In this document: positions 39,339-48,146 of the stretch, one piece after another
Layout of the letters: each line of letters opens with the position of its first letter
Position numbering within the stretch: position 1 is the stretch's first letter
Assembly: GCA_030827475.1 (NCBI GenBank)
Contig: JAUREJ010000003.1
Coordinates: 6,648 to 70,647, forward strand
From: Poseidonia sp.
GTDB lineage: Archaea > Thermoplasmatota > Poseidoniia > Poseidoniales > Poseidoniaceae
Length of the DNA stretch: 64,000 nucleotides
Reading direction: 5' to 3'
Position numbers and translations under genes: made by a program
The notes under the pieces: model-generated
What the model was told of the DNA's origin: nothing
Database searches by the model: none
Seen by the model: only the letters and a program-made list of their open reading frames with translations

Positions 39339-39345
39339 GGATTGA

Positions 39346-39792
39346 TTGAACGTGGCTGACACCCCCGTTGACGGCATGGTTACGCTTCAAGAGCGTACCG
39401 TGAACTTGGTGAATCAGCTCAACATGCCTCTGGTTGAAGTGTCGCTGGTTCTTGCTCGTCATATCAATCGGCTCATGCAAACCTTGACCGAACATCTCGA
39501 TGCTACCGGCCAGTCCGTGAGCGACCGTGTCTCGCACCCATGGCCTGTGGAGGTTGAGGCGGCAGATTCTTCGTCAAATTTCCCGCTCGACAAGGTAATG
39601 GATATTGTCGACCAACAGCGAATGGACATTCTGGACACGCTGATTCGTGTCACTTTGGTTGAAATCAATGCCTCGGTCATTGACGCCTTGCTCGCGCTTC
39701 GGGCTTGGGAACATCTTGCTCGTACGCAGTTGGCGCTTGCGACCGGACCGGGACAATTGTTTTCTCCGTTGGAGATTCCAGAGGACTGGTGA
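39346..39792 (+). CDS. Hypothetical alpha-helical protein
   Basis: 148-aa ORF beginning 7 nt after the upstream stop; start codon uncertain (TTG 39346 or GTG 39352). Confidence 0.7.
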   Translation: MNVADTPVDGMVTLQERTVNLVNQLNMPLVEVSLVLARHINRLMQTLTEHLDATGQSVSDRVSHPWPVEVEAADSSSNFPLDKVMDIVDQQRMDILDTLIRVTLVEINASVIDALLALRAWEHLARTQLALATGPGQLFSPLEIPEDW

Positions 39793-39829
39793 GCAAGGGC
39801 TTCAAAAACGAGGGCGGGGAGGTGGTGTC

Positions 39830-40618
39830 ATGACCCATGCTCGTCAAACAGCCCTGGTCCTCGTTACGCTGCTGCTGTTGGTGCCGTCCTCGGGGTGCTT
39901 GGGCGAAGATGGTTTGCGGGTTTTTCCCGAGAAGAAAGGTGTTCCAGGTGGGCTCACCTTGGCGTGTTTGCGGGATGGCTCCTTCACGTCGATGGTGATT
40001 GAGATCGATCATGCCCCCGGTTATCGACCGTACACCAGTTCAACGGACCTCTTGGTGGAGAGGTTGGAGCAAGTTTGTGAAAAACCCGGAGGTATTCGCA
40101 TTCAATACAACGAAGTCTCGTTTGTCGAACAGGCCTCATGGAGCGCCCAAGATGTTCGGGATGAAGGTTGGGAGAACAAAGACGTCTCTCCCATGGACGG
40201 GAACACGCTTCGATGGCAGATTCTTTTCCCAGAGGGGACTTACGAAGACGAGAGCGTTCTCGGCGTTGCCGTGGATGCATCGACCATGGCGCTTTTCAGC
40301 GATGCGATTGAGGAAGCCGACGGCTTGTTTGGACGCCCCTCTGTTGAAGACGTTGAAAACAGCGTCATCGTCCATGAGGCAGGGCACCTGCTCGGGCTGG
40401 TCAACCTCGTCTACACCTCTCCCGTGGACCATGAAGACCCGGATCATCCCGGTCATTCAAACAACGACGAATCCGTCATGTATTGGGCCATTGAATCCAC
40501 GGGACTGAGGAACTTCATCACGGGCGATCTACCCACGACGTTCGATGACGATGATTTGGCGGACCTTGCAGGATTGGCGAGCGGCGACATCCCTGTACGT
40601 GATCAACTCTGGCCTTGA
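39830..40618 (+). CDS. Lipoprotein zinc metallopeptidase (metzincin-like)
   Basis: Lipobox ..VPSSG-C; HEAGHLLGL zinc motif, downstream His residues (DHPGH), Met-turn-like SVMYW. Confidence 0.85.
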   Translation: MTHARQTALVLVTLLLLVPSSGCLGEDGLRVFPEKKGVPGGLTLACLRDGSFTSMVIEIDHAPGYRPYTSSTDLLVERLEQVCEKPGGIRIQYNEVSFVEQASWSAQDVRDEGWENKDVSPMDGNTLRWQILFPEGTYEDESVLGVAVDASTMALFSDAIEEADGLFGRPSVEDVENSVIVHEAGHLLGLVNLVYTSPVDHEDPDHPGHSNNDESVMYWAIESTGLRNFITGDLPTTFDDDDLADLAGLASGDIPVRDQLWP

Positions 40619-40938
40619 CCCATTCCCGCAACGGCGTCTCGCCAGGCATCAAAGATGGACCAGAGATAAAGCAAAACCCAGAGAACGATGGTGAGGGCCA
40701 ACGGAATTTGCAACAAACTCCAATCGGTTGCACGTTGATGTTGTCGGTTGAAATGTTGGCCGAGGAACAAGAAGGGTACCGCAGCCAAAACGGCGGCGAT
40801 AAGCGGCCGAAGGGCGCCCCACATGCCCACGCCAAAGGTGATTTCACGCCAAATTTCCCGAAGGATTCTGGTGCCAAGAAACCCCCGTTCATTTGCGTTG
40901 GAATCAGGGCTAAGTTGGACCACCAATTCCTCTTCCAT
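40603..40938 (-). CDS. Small hypothetical membrane protein (2 TM)
   Basis: 111 aa with two hydrophobic segments; fills the gap between genes; TTCACAAA element 29 nt upstream. Confidence 0.65.
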   Translation of the reverse strand: MEEELVVQLSPDSNANERGFLGTRILREIWREITFGVGMWGALRPLIAAVLAAVPFLFLGQHFNRQHQRATDWSLLQIPLALTIVLWVLLYLWSIFDAWRDAVAGMGQGQS

Positions 40939-41024
40939 GGCCCGTGGTCGTCGTGCTCATTTGTGAACTTGGCGCAAGGAAGCGGGGGGATTGGATGAAA
41001 AACCCCTGCCTTGATGGCCTTTCA

Positions 41025-42101
41025 ATGCCGGTCAAAACCGTTCTTGTCACGGGTTTTGAACCGTTTGGTGGTCATGCTGAGAACGTCAGTGCGGAAGTCG
41101 CAAGACGTTTGGGCGTCCTCACGGAAGTGGTGCACCCGTGGACGGGAGAACAGGTTCCAATATCGGTGACGACCGATATCTTGAGCGTTGACCGTACGGG
41201 TGCATGCAAAACAGCTGCGCGATTAAGAAACGGTGAGATGTACGATGCCGTCTTGCATCTCGGCCTTTGTGAACGATGCGAACATCCGCAAATCGAACGC
41301 CTCGCCAGGGACCGATTGGACATGCGCATTCCGGACAACATCGGGCGGCAGGTACGTGCTGGTAAGCTGGATGGTGGCGGAGATCGAGGCATATGGGTTG
41401 ACCCCTCCCTTTGGCCACGAAAAGCCTTCAACGTCCCCTATCACCTGTCAACCGACGCAGGGGCATACTTGTGCAACGAGACGTTTTTTGAATCGCTCAA
41501 AGCTCTCGGTGAATCTACGCAAAGGCCGTTGCCACCACCCTGTGTGTTTGTTCATCTCCCCGATGTTCACCGTTCACCGGTTGAAGCAAGCACGGAGTTT
41601 TCACAACAGGTGTTGACCTTCCTGCTCCATCCAACGCCAAATGTTCCCGTCCATGTTGTTGCTGGCTACCTTTCGGATGGATTGGGAAAGCACCTCGTTG
41701 CGAAACGAAGCGCGGGTGAATTGGACGCAGGAGAATGGGAATTTCCCGGAGGGAAACTTGAGGAGGGTGAATCTTGGACGGAGGCCATTGAGCGTGAACT
41801 CCGTGAAGAATTGGGTCTTGAAGTCACGGGTCGCCAACTTCTCGCCACGGTGGTGCGAGACGCTGGCAAGACCACGTATGCGGTGCATCTTGTGCGTTGC
41901 GATTGGTCCGGTGAAGTGGACCGTCTTGCCCTCGACGTCCACGATGCAGTCTCATGGGTGGACCTCACGGACAAAGGCCGCCGGTGGGCGGGGCGGGACG
42001 CTGAACTCCATTCACTGCTCTGCGACTTGACTCATAACCAGGTCGATGCGTCTCCGTCCTCGGTCATAGCCCGTTCATCGTTGATGGAGCGAGGGACTTG
42101 A
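41025..42101 (+). CDS. Pyroglutamyl-peptidase I (C15) / Nudix (MutT-like) hydrolase fusion
   Basis: N-terminal VLVTGFEPFGG, ER.ARD, DAGAYLCNE (catalytic Cys), FVHLP (His); C-terminal Nudix box WEFPGGKLEEGESWTEAIERELREELGL. Confidence 0.88.
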   Translation: MPVKTVLVTGFEPFGGHAENVSAEVARRLGVLTEVVHPWTGEQVPISVTTDILSVDRTGACKTAARLRNGEMYDAVLHLGLCERCEHPQIERLARDRLDMRIPDNIGRQVRAGKLDGGGDRGIWVDPSLWPRKAFNVPYHLSTDAGAYLCNETFFESLKALGESTQRPLPPPCVFVHLPDVHRSPVEASTEFSQQVLTFLLHPTPNVPVHVVAGYLSDGLGKHLVAKRSAGELDAGEWEFPGGKLEEGESWTEAIERELREELGLEVTGRQLLATVVRDAGKTTYAVHLVRCDWSGEVDRLALDVHDAVSWVDLTDKGRRWAGRDAELHSLLCDLTHNQVDASPSSVIARSSLMERGT

Positions 42102-42547
42102 CTTCGCCCGGGGTGCCAAGTTGCCGCTTGGAGCCATTCATCCAACCCGTTGCCCTCAATGGTGACGGTGAACACACCGCCAAGCGGGGCCTCGCCAGGT
42201 ATCGGGAACGCAATTTTTCCGGCGAGCGCCGCAAGTCGGGCGATGCTAAACTCGGTTTTGTCCCCTTGCATTCCTCTTGCCATGGTGTCCAAGGCCGTGT
42301 CGAGGATGCGCTGCTCGTGGAGCAACTGGAGGAAGGTTTTGAGCGAGACGTTCTCGAAAGACCAATCGAGGTTTGAGGCCTTACCAAAAACCGGTTCGGG
42401 GGTTTCTTGCGGTATTCCTGCATCGGGGAACACATTGAGGAGCGCGTTTCCCACTTGAACCGGAGAGTCAGCTCCCCGAAGTTGCGTTGAAACCAAGACG
42501 GAAAACCCCTCACCAACGCCACTTAGACGGAGTCGCTGGTCAACCAT
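42032..42547 (-). CDS. UPF0201/DUF54-like putative RNA-binding protein
   Basis: V..ALLNVFPDA, LLHEQRILDTA, AALAGKIAF and PLG patterns typical of the archaeal DUF54 family. Confidence 0.6.
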   Translation of the reverse strand: MVDQRLRLSGVGEGFSVLVSTQLRGADSPVQVGNALLNVFPDAGIPQETPEPVFGKASNLDWSFENVSLKTFLQLLHEQRILDTALDTMARGMQGDKTEFSIARLAALAGKIAFPIPGEAPLGGVFTVTIEGNGLDEWLQAATWHPGRSQVPRSINDERAMTEDGDASTWL

Positions 42548-42612
42548 GAGCCCGGGAGAGGACCGTAGGCCAAGAAGGTAGGGGTCAAGAGAAATTCGAG
42601 CGAAGGGGTGAA

Positions 42613-43674
42613 GTGAGCAGTGCCTACCCCAAGGGCATGAATGACGGACAGGGCCCTTCGGTGGCGACCGTCATTCCCGTTTACAACGAGGCGGAGCACA
42701 TTGAGTCCTGTCTCCACGGACTTGTCCATCAATCACTTTCTCCAACGGAACACATGATTCTCGTTCTCGACGGTGGTTCAACCGACGATACCGTGGCCAA
42801 GGTTGAAGCGTTGATGGACCGCTTTTCTGGGCCCGAATTTCCAACACTTCAACTGATGAAAAACCCCGAAAGAACCGTCCCACACGCACGAAACCTTGCC
42901 CTCGAGCATCTTCCCAAATCGGTGAAGTTCCTCGTTGAAATGATCGGCCACGCAGAGGTTCAATCCGACCATCTTGCAAAACGGTTGGACAGTTGGGACC
43001 GCTGCGCATCAATGACAACGCTTCCGCTCGGTGGGGTTGGTGTTCGGGTGGTGGCCTCCGAGAGGGAGGATGGCCCGGTTTCCAGGTGGATTGAGTCGGT
43101 GCTTGCTTCCAAGTTTGGTCAGAGCGGCGGTCAATTTAGCCCGTTCTCTCAAACGGAGCCAACCGATGTTCCGGCCTTCGTAATGCACGAACGCTCTGCA
43201 CTCGAGGCCGTGAGCGGATGGGACGCTTCCTTTGTCACAAGCCAGGACAGCGAACTTTCCATGCGGCTCCTGAAATCAGGCTACGCCCTCTACCGAACGC
43301 CAGAGCCCACCATCGCCATGCACAAGCGGGCCACGCTCGGACAATGGTGGCGCATGGGTCACCGGTACGGTTTTTGGCGAACCAAGGTGCTGATGCGTCA
43401 TCCACGTCGTGCCAAATGGCAGGAGTTCCTTCCTTGGTTTGGCCTCCTCGCAACGTTGGGATTGTTCCTCAACGGTGTTGAGTTTTGGTGGGCGCTGCCT
43501 TCCGCCTATGGAGGGTTGCTCATGGTTCTTGCCTCCCGCAACGCATTTGCACACCGTTCCTTTTCGAGCCTGTTCGGCGTTCCGCTCTGTTTCGTCATGC
43601 TGCACACGAGTTTTTCCATCGGTTTGCTGGACGGCCTGTTCCGCAAAGGGCGCCTGCCCCGTGACCGTGGTTGA
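42613..43674 (+). CDS. Family 2 glycosyltransferase (ExoA-like) with C-terminal TM helices
   Basis: VIPVYNEAEHI, LDGGSTDDT, ARNLAL, SQDSEL, YG.WR; alternative start ATG 42637. Confidence 0.9.
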   Translation: MSSAYPKGMNDGQGPSVATVIPVYNEAEHIESCLHGLVHQSLSPTEHMILVLDGGSTDDTVAKVEALMDRFSGPEFPTLQLMKNPERTVPHARNLALEHLPKSVKFLVEMIGHAEVQSDHLAKRLDSWDRCASMTTLPLGGVGVRVVASEREDGPVSRWIESVLASKFGQSGGQFSPFSQTEPTDVPAFVMHERSALEAVSGWDASFVTSQDSELSMRLLKSGYALYRTPEPTIAMHKRATLGQWWRMGHRYGFWRTKVLMRHPRRAKWQEFLPWFGLLATLGLFLNGVEFWWALPSAYGGLLMVLASRNAFAHRSFSSLFGVPLCFVMLHTSFSIGLLDGLFRKGRLPRDRG

Positions 43675-43710
43675 GAACAACCACCCAATAGATACATCAG
43701 CGAAGGGGCA

Positions 43711-44664
43711 ATGAACGAGGCGAACATCATGGGTGAAACACGACGCATGACCTCTCGCGGTTTGAGCGTTCTGCCCTTGCTGCTGATGGGCGTCACCCAC
43801 CTCTCACTCCCCCCGCTGAAATCGATGTTTGACCTTGAGCCCCGTTTGATGTACGGCTATTACGGTCTTGCCCTCCTTCTTGGTGTTGTGCTTTTGCGAC
43901 GCTCAGGCGTTGTCAAAGACCACGAATACAACCGAGCAAAAGCCATGAAAAAAATCCGTCATGTCTACGAGGCTGAAGCCAGAGGGGTATGGGAGACCAA
44001 CGCCTCACTCAATGGCAATATGGACCCGAAAACACAGGGCAACCTGTCGAAGACCGTTGGCGAATTCTCCGCTGAGGGTGGTGAACTTGAACTTCCTGAC
44101 GATGAGCAGGTTGAGGTGAGAATGTTGTCGGAGGCGGCACATGTTGTCAAAGCAAACGCCCGAGTTTCCGGAGAAATCTCGCTTGACGATGACACCAGGG
44201 CAGCAACGGTTGGGGCAACCCGGAACGTTGGCCCCATGGACCGTTTTTTGGATGCCTTGTTCGGCCTTTTCGGTCGTGATAGCCGTGCTGAGCGCGAAGC
44301 GCAAAGGCGCCGTCGCCTTGAACAAGCGGCCTCATACGCCCCGGTGGTCGCGCAACGACCGGTCGCCCCTTTGCGGTTCAACAAAACCGATGACGCTAGT
44401 GAGGTGAACATGGTCTCGATGAGCGATGAAGGAGGTGTTGAGACCGTGATCTCTTCCACGGGTATGGAAAAAGAGGTCCCGCTTCTTGGTATATCGGAGG
44501 TTCAACCCAACCCAATGCAAGAATCTCTGGAGAGCATGGCCATGATGGGCCAAGTCCCATCGTCTTCCAACACCTTCTCGACAGCAGGTCCTCAATGCCG
44601 GGGATGTGGCTCGCCGGTCTCATCGACCGAACGGTTTTGCCCGCATTGCGGGTTGGACCTTTGA
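43711..44664 (+). CDS. Membrane protein with C-terminal zinc ribbon
   Basis: N-terminal hydrophobic segments; C-terminal CRGC...FCPHCG. Confidence 0.75.
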   Translation: MNEANIMGETRRMTSRGLSVLPLLLMGVTHLSLPPLKSMFDLEPRLMYGYYGLALLLGVVLLRRSGVVKDHEYNRAKAMKKIRHVYEAEARGVWETNASLNGNMDPKTQGNLSKTVGEFSAEGGELELPDDEQVEVRMLSEAAHVVKANARVSGEISLDDDTRAATVGATRNVGPMDRFLDALFGLFGRDSRAEREAQRRRRLEQAASYAPVVAQRPVAPLRFNKTDDASEVNMVSMSDEGGVETVISSTGMEKEVPLLGISEVQPNPMQESLESMAMMGQVPSSSNTFSTAGPQCRGCGSPVSSTERFCPHCGLDL

Positions 44665-44705
44665 GGGAAAGCGTGAAGTTGAAAGCGGGCCCCTCATCGT
44701 AGCAA

Positions 44706-45845
44706 ATGGAGACGAAGGTGATGGCTGACAAACGGGACTATTACGAGGTCTTGGGCGTTGAGAAATCCGCTTCGCAAGCCGAACTCAAGAATGCCTTTCG
44801 TCGGCTCGCCCGGTTGTACCACCCGGACCGAAGCACCGAAGAGAACGCCGAAGACCGGTTCAAGGAAATTCAAGAAGCCTATGCGGTGCTTTCCGACGAT
44901 GAAAAACGCAGTCAGTACGACCGGTTTGGTCACAGCGGGCCCCAAGGAAATCCCTTCGGCGGATTTGGCGGTGGGTTCAACATCAACCTTGACGAAATTC
45001 TTGGAGGGGATTTTTTCTCCTCCTTCTTCGGTGGAAGCTCCGGTCGTCGCCCTCGGAGCCGCCGTGGTGCAGACATCTTGCTTCGTCATTCGATCAACCT
45101 CGAAGACGTGCTTAACGGAACTCAGCAGGAGGTTGTCCTTGACCTCCCAGAGCCTTGCACATCATGCGATGGAACGGGAGCAGAAGGCGGAGACCTGGTG
45201 ACGTGCTCAGCATGTTCTGGCCAAGGCCAGGTGCGTGTCCGCCAACAGGTCGGCCCATTCATTCAGGAATCCGTTCAGGCCTGCAACCCGTGCTCCGGTC
45301 GAGGTCGCGTGTCGGACCGCGCCTGCGAAGATTGCAACGGACGGGGCCAAGAACTCACGCCGAACACGCTTCGGTTTCAAGTCCCAGAGGGTGCAGAATC
45401 CGGTACACGATTGCGCATGCGAGGAAAGGGCGAACCTGCACCCCAGGGTTCGGGTGAACCCGGTGATTTGTTCATCGAGTTGGAAGTCGACCCCCATCCT
45501 TGGTTTGAGAGGAACGGTTCAGACCTCATCATGTCGCTTCCTCTTGGCTATGCTGACCTTCTTCTGGGTACGACGGTGACCTTGGACCATCTCGACGGAA
45601 AACCGCTTACAATCAAAATCCCTGCCCATTCCAATTCAGGCGAGACCGTTGAACTTCGAAAACGAGGATTGCCTCGTCAGCGCGGGACCGGACGTGGTGA
45701 TGTGGTCGTCCTGCTCAAATTGTACATGCCGAAAAAGGTCAGCAAGGCAGCGAGAAAGACGTTGGAATCGGTCCGAAGTGACCTGAGCCCGGACGACATC
45801 ACGAAGAGCATTCTCGACGATGCTTCTGAGCGTCGTCGCTCATGA
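44706..45845 (+). CDS. dnaJ: Molecular chaperone DnaJ
   Basis: J domain with DYYEVLGV and HPD; G/F-rich region; four CxxCxGxG repeats; C-terminal substrate-binding domain. Confidence 0.97.
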   Translation: METKVMADKRDYYEVLGVEKSASQAELKNAFRRLARLYHPDRSTEENAEDRFKEIQEAYAVLSDDEKRSQYDRFGHSGPQGNPFGGFGGGFNINLDEILGGDFFSSFFGGSSGRRPRSRRGADILLRHSINLEDVLNGTQQEVVLDLPEPCTSCDGTGAEGGDLVTCSACSGQGQVRVRQQVGPFIQESVQACNPCSGRGRVSDRACEDCNGRGQELTPNTLRFQVPEGAESGTRLRMRGKGEPAPQGSGEPGDLFIELEVDPHPWFERNGSDLIMSLPLGYADLLLGTTVTLDHLDGKPLTIKIPAHSNSGETVELRKRGLPRQRGTGRGDVVVLLKLYMPKKVSKAARKTLESVRSDLSPDDITKSILDDASERRRS

Positions 45846-48062
45846 GGTCTGACCGGTCCGTCGGACGCTTTCGGGCATTCGTGCAGCGAAGGGTTCCCCG
45901 CCGACTCGCCCGTTGAGTTCAACGTCGACGTGCTGTCCAGGTCCTTCAAGTTCAACGACCACATAAGCCCGGTGACCCTCGTGAAGTTGGTCCAAGAAAA
46001 GTTCCTCGCCTTGGTGCAAGAAGCGAGGCTCGACGTGGACGACCTCAAAGGCTCGACCTTCAGGGGCGTCAAAGCGCAGGGCAGCGAGTTCCCAAGCATC
46101 GGAGAGGATGTGAACGCCGACGACCAAGACCCAATTTCCTTCGGTTTTCGCAAGCCGAGTGTCAACCTGCCACACGGCCAAGGCGACGGATTCGGTGCGG
46201 TGTTCGAGCCGTTCCTCTCCCCAGGCATCCATGCCTTCCTGCCAGTCGAGTTGCGCGACCGCTTCCAGCACGTTTGAGAGGTCCGTTCGCGCTTCTTTCA
46301 CGCTCGTCTCACCGCTGTCAAGGCGTGCGGTGTACCATGCCAAGCGCTGTTTCTGTTCAGCAAGAACACGGGCAAACCGCTGGCTTCGCCGGAGTGTCAC
46401 GGTCAAATAGACAACGGGGAGGAGGAACAGAAAACCGAGGAACCAGCGAGCCACACCGCCCCAGAACACCGCATCGTCGCTTGGAGGAAACCACGGTTCT
46501 TCGCCCTCGTCGATCAGAGAGTATGCTGCCTGCACCGTGTAGGTGCGGGACTCGACATCTTCTCCCCAGAGATGGGGTGTGGCCTCGGAGGCGTTTTGGA
46601 AACGAAACTGGACAAAATGTGTACCTCGACCAACTTGCAGTCCGATGCTCAATGTATCGCCGACGGGTCGTGTAATGTCCGTGAGGAGAACTTCGCCGGT
46701 CTTTTGGTCAATGTCCCAGAGTTGGGCTTCCAACCCTTCCACATCTCCATCAAGGGTAAACTGGACAAAATGTATGGAGTCCAGCCAACCGTCCACCTCA
46801 AGCCGGTATGTGTCTGCAGTATCGTGAACGGCGAGGGTGAATTCACCGTTGGTGGTGCTGGTTAAGTTGAGGAGGGGCCAACTGGTGTTGTTCACTTCAA
46901 GGCTCGAGGGGCGATAAGCTGGGGCTTCCAAGCCATCCTTGTCAGCGAAGGACACGCGAAGCAGTTCGATGGAAAAGACGGAGGAGTTGAGGACATTGAG
47001 CCGACCAACGGTGGTCTCCGGGTAGGGGTGGACCGTCAAGGATTCTCCAGGACCTAAGACGGAGGGTGTGCCCTTGACCCAAGAATCGCTCATGAGCTGA
47101 TCGATTTGGACCGTCGCTCCGGAGAGTCGTGTATGGAGATGGAGCGCCTCAACATCGGGCCACGAAAAGAGCACTTCCCGGGTGTGGTGTCCGAGAACTT
47201 CCGCACCGTAGCGAAGGTCGGTATCGACAAGACTGAGTGTATCTGCAGCCGGATGAAGCATCACGTGTGCCGCCCACAACGCTCCAAGTTCCGGTGAGGA
47301 AAGGCGGGCGATGAAGCGGCCGTCCTCTTCCGCCGTCCACCATGCCGCATTGGGCGGTTGCCCGGCGAGTTCGCTGAAACCCGCATCGGCGGTGTGGATG
47401 GCGGCGTGGCTCTGCTCGGCGGTGTTGGATTGGTGGTACATCCGGACGCTGATCGCTCGGGTGGTGGCCAACCACTGCCACTCCACCGAGTCACCGGCCT
47501 GTACATCGATCACGATGTATTCGTCGTTGGTCGAATCGAGGTGGCCCGAGAGGCGGAAATCCAGATCCTGTGTGGACCCGATGCGAGATGCGAGGGTGCC
47601 TGTCTTGGCGTCCAGACAGGTTTCGACAGGATCACAGACGCCGATGGAAGCCGTGGTGGCGATTTCTCCCGGGGCTGGGCGAACGGTCGGATGCGCTTCG
47701 TCGATCGGCGCGACCACCATCATAGAGAGCGTATCTTCGGTGGAGCTGGTGACGGTGATGGTGACCTCGGTTGTGTCCGAAGCGGCGATGTTGAACGTGT
47801 TGAGTGCCCCTTCTTGGGTGGTGATGGCGTTACCTGTCACATCGACCGTACAAGCATCGCAATCCCAAGCCAGGAGGGCAAGTTCTCCAGCGTTCAAGGG
47901 AATGCGGCGTTCGTGAGGTGCCTCCGGGGAGATGTTCACCACGGTGATGCGACCGGGATCTTCAGTCGATGATTGAGCCAACGCATTGGTCATTGGATGA
48001 AAGCAAAAGGAAAGGAACAACAGGAGCAATGAGGTTCGCGCAACACCTGAAGTCCACCCCAT
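45840..48062 (-). CDS. Single-pass membrane protein with a large extracellular beta region and a ~180-aa cytoplasmic domain
   Basis: Signal peptide; acidic beta-rich body; TM WFLGFLFLLPVVYLTVTL + RR; globular C-terminus. Confidence 0.75.
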   Translation of the reverse strand: MGWTSGVARTSLLLLFLSFCFHPMTNALAQSSTEDPGRITVVNISPEAPHERRIPLNAGELALLAWDCDACTVDVTGNAITTQEGALNTFNIAASDTTEVTITVTSSTEDTLSMMVVAPIDEAHPTVRPAPGEIATTASIGVCDPVETCLDAKTGTLASRIGSTQDLDFRLSGHLDSTNDEYIVIDVQAGDSVEWQWLATTRAISVRMYHQSNTAEQSHAAIHTADAGFSELAGQPPNAAWWTAEEDGRFIARLSSPELGALWAAHVMLHPAADTLSLVDTDLRYGAEVLGHHTREVLFSWPDVEALHLHTRLSGATVQIDQLMSDSWVKGTPSVLGPGESLTVHPYPETTVGRLNVLNSSVFSIELLRVSFADKDGLEAPAYRPSSLEVNNTSWPLLNLTSTTNGEFTLAVHDTADTYRLEVDGWLDSIHFVQFTLDGDVEGLEAQLWDIDQKTGEVLLTDITRPVGDTLSIGLQVGRGTHFVQFRFQNASEATPHLWGEDVESRTYTVQAAYSLIDEGEEPWFPPSDDAVFWGGVARWFLGFLFLLPVVYLTVTLRRSQRFARVLAEQKQRLAWYTARLDSGETSVKEARTDLSNVLEAVAQLDWQEGMDAWGEERLEHRTESVALAVWQVDTRLAKTEGNWVLVVGVHILSDAWELAALRFDAPEGRAFEVVHVEPRFLHQGEELFLDQLHEGHRAYVVVELEGPGQHVDVELNGRVGGEPFAARMPESVRRTGQTS

Positions 48063-48083
48063 GCCTTTGCGTGGGGGAGGAGT

Positions 48084-48123
48084 CTTTCAAATCCACCCCC
48101 TTCAAGGGTTCAAACCTTTCAAG
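48084..48123. promoter_or_regulatory. Divergent promoter with back-to-back TT(C/G)AA elements
   Basis: TTGAAAG on the minus strand 28 nt before ATG 48062; TTCAAG on the plus strand 29 nt before ATG 48147; four TTCAA copies within 40 bp. Confidence 0.55.
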
Positions 48124-48146
48124 AAGCGAAGGTCTCAGCACGGTTC

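Noticed and set aside
44706-45845. dnaJ without adjacent dnaK/grpE
   Set aside because: Stand-alone dnaJ genes are common and the partners may lie outside the window.
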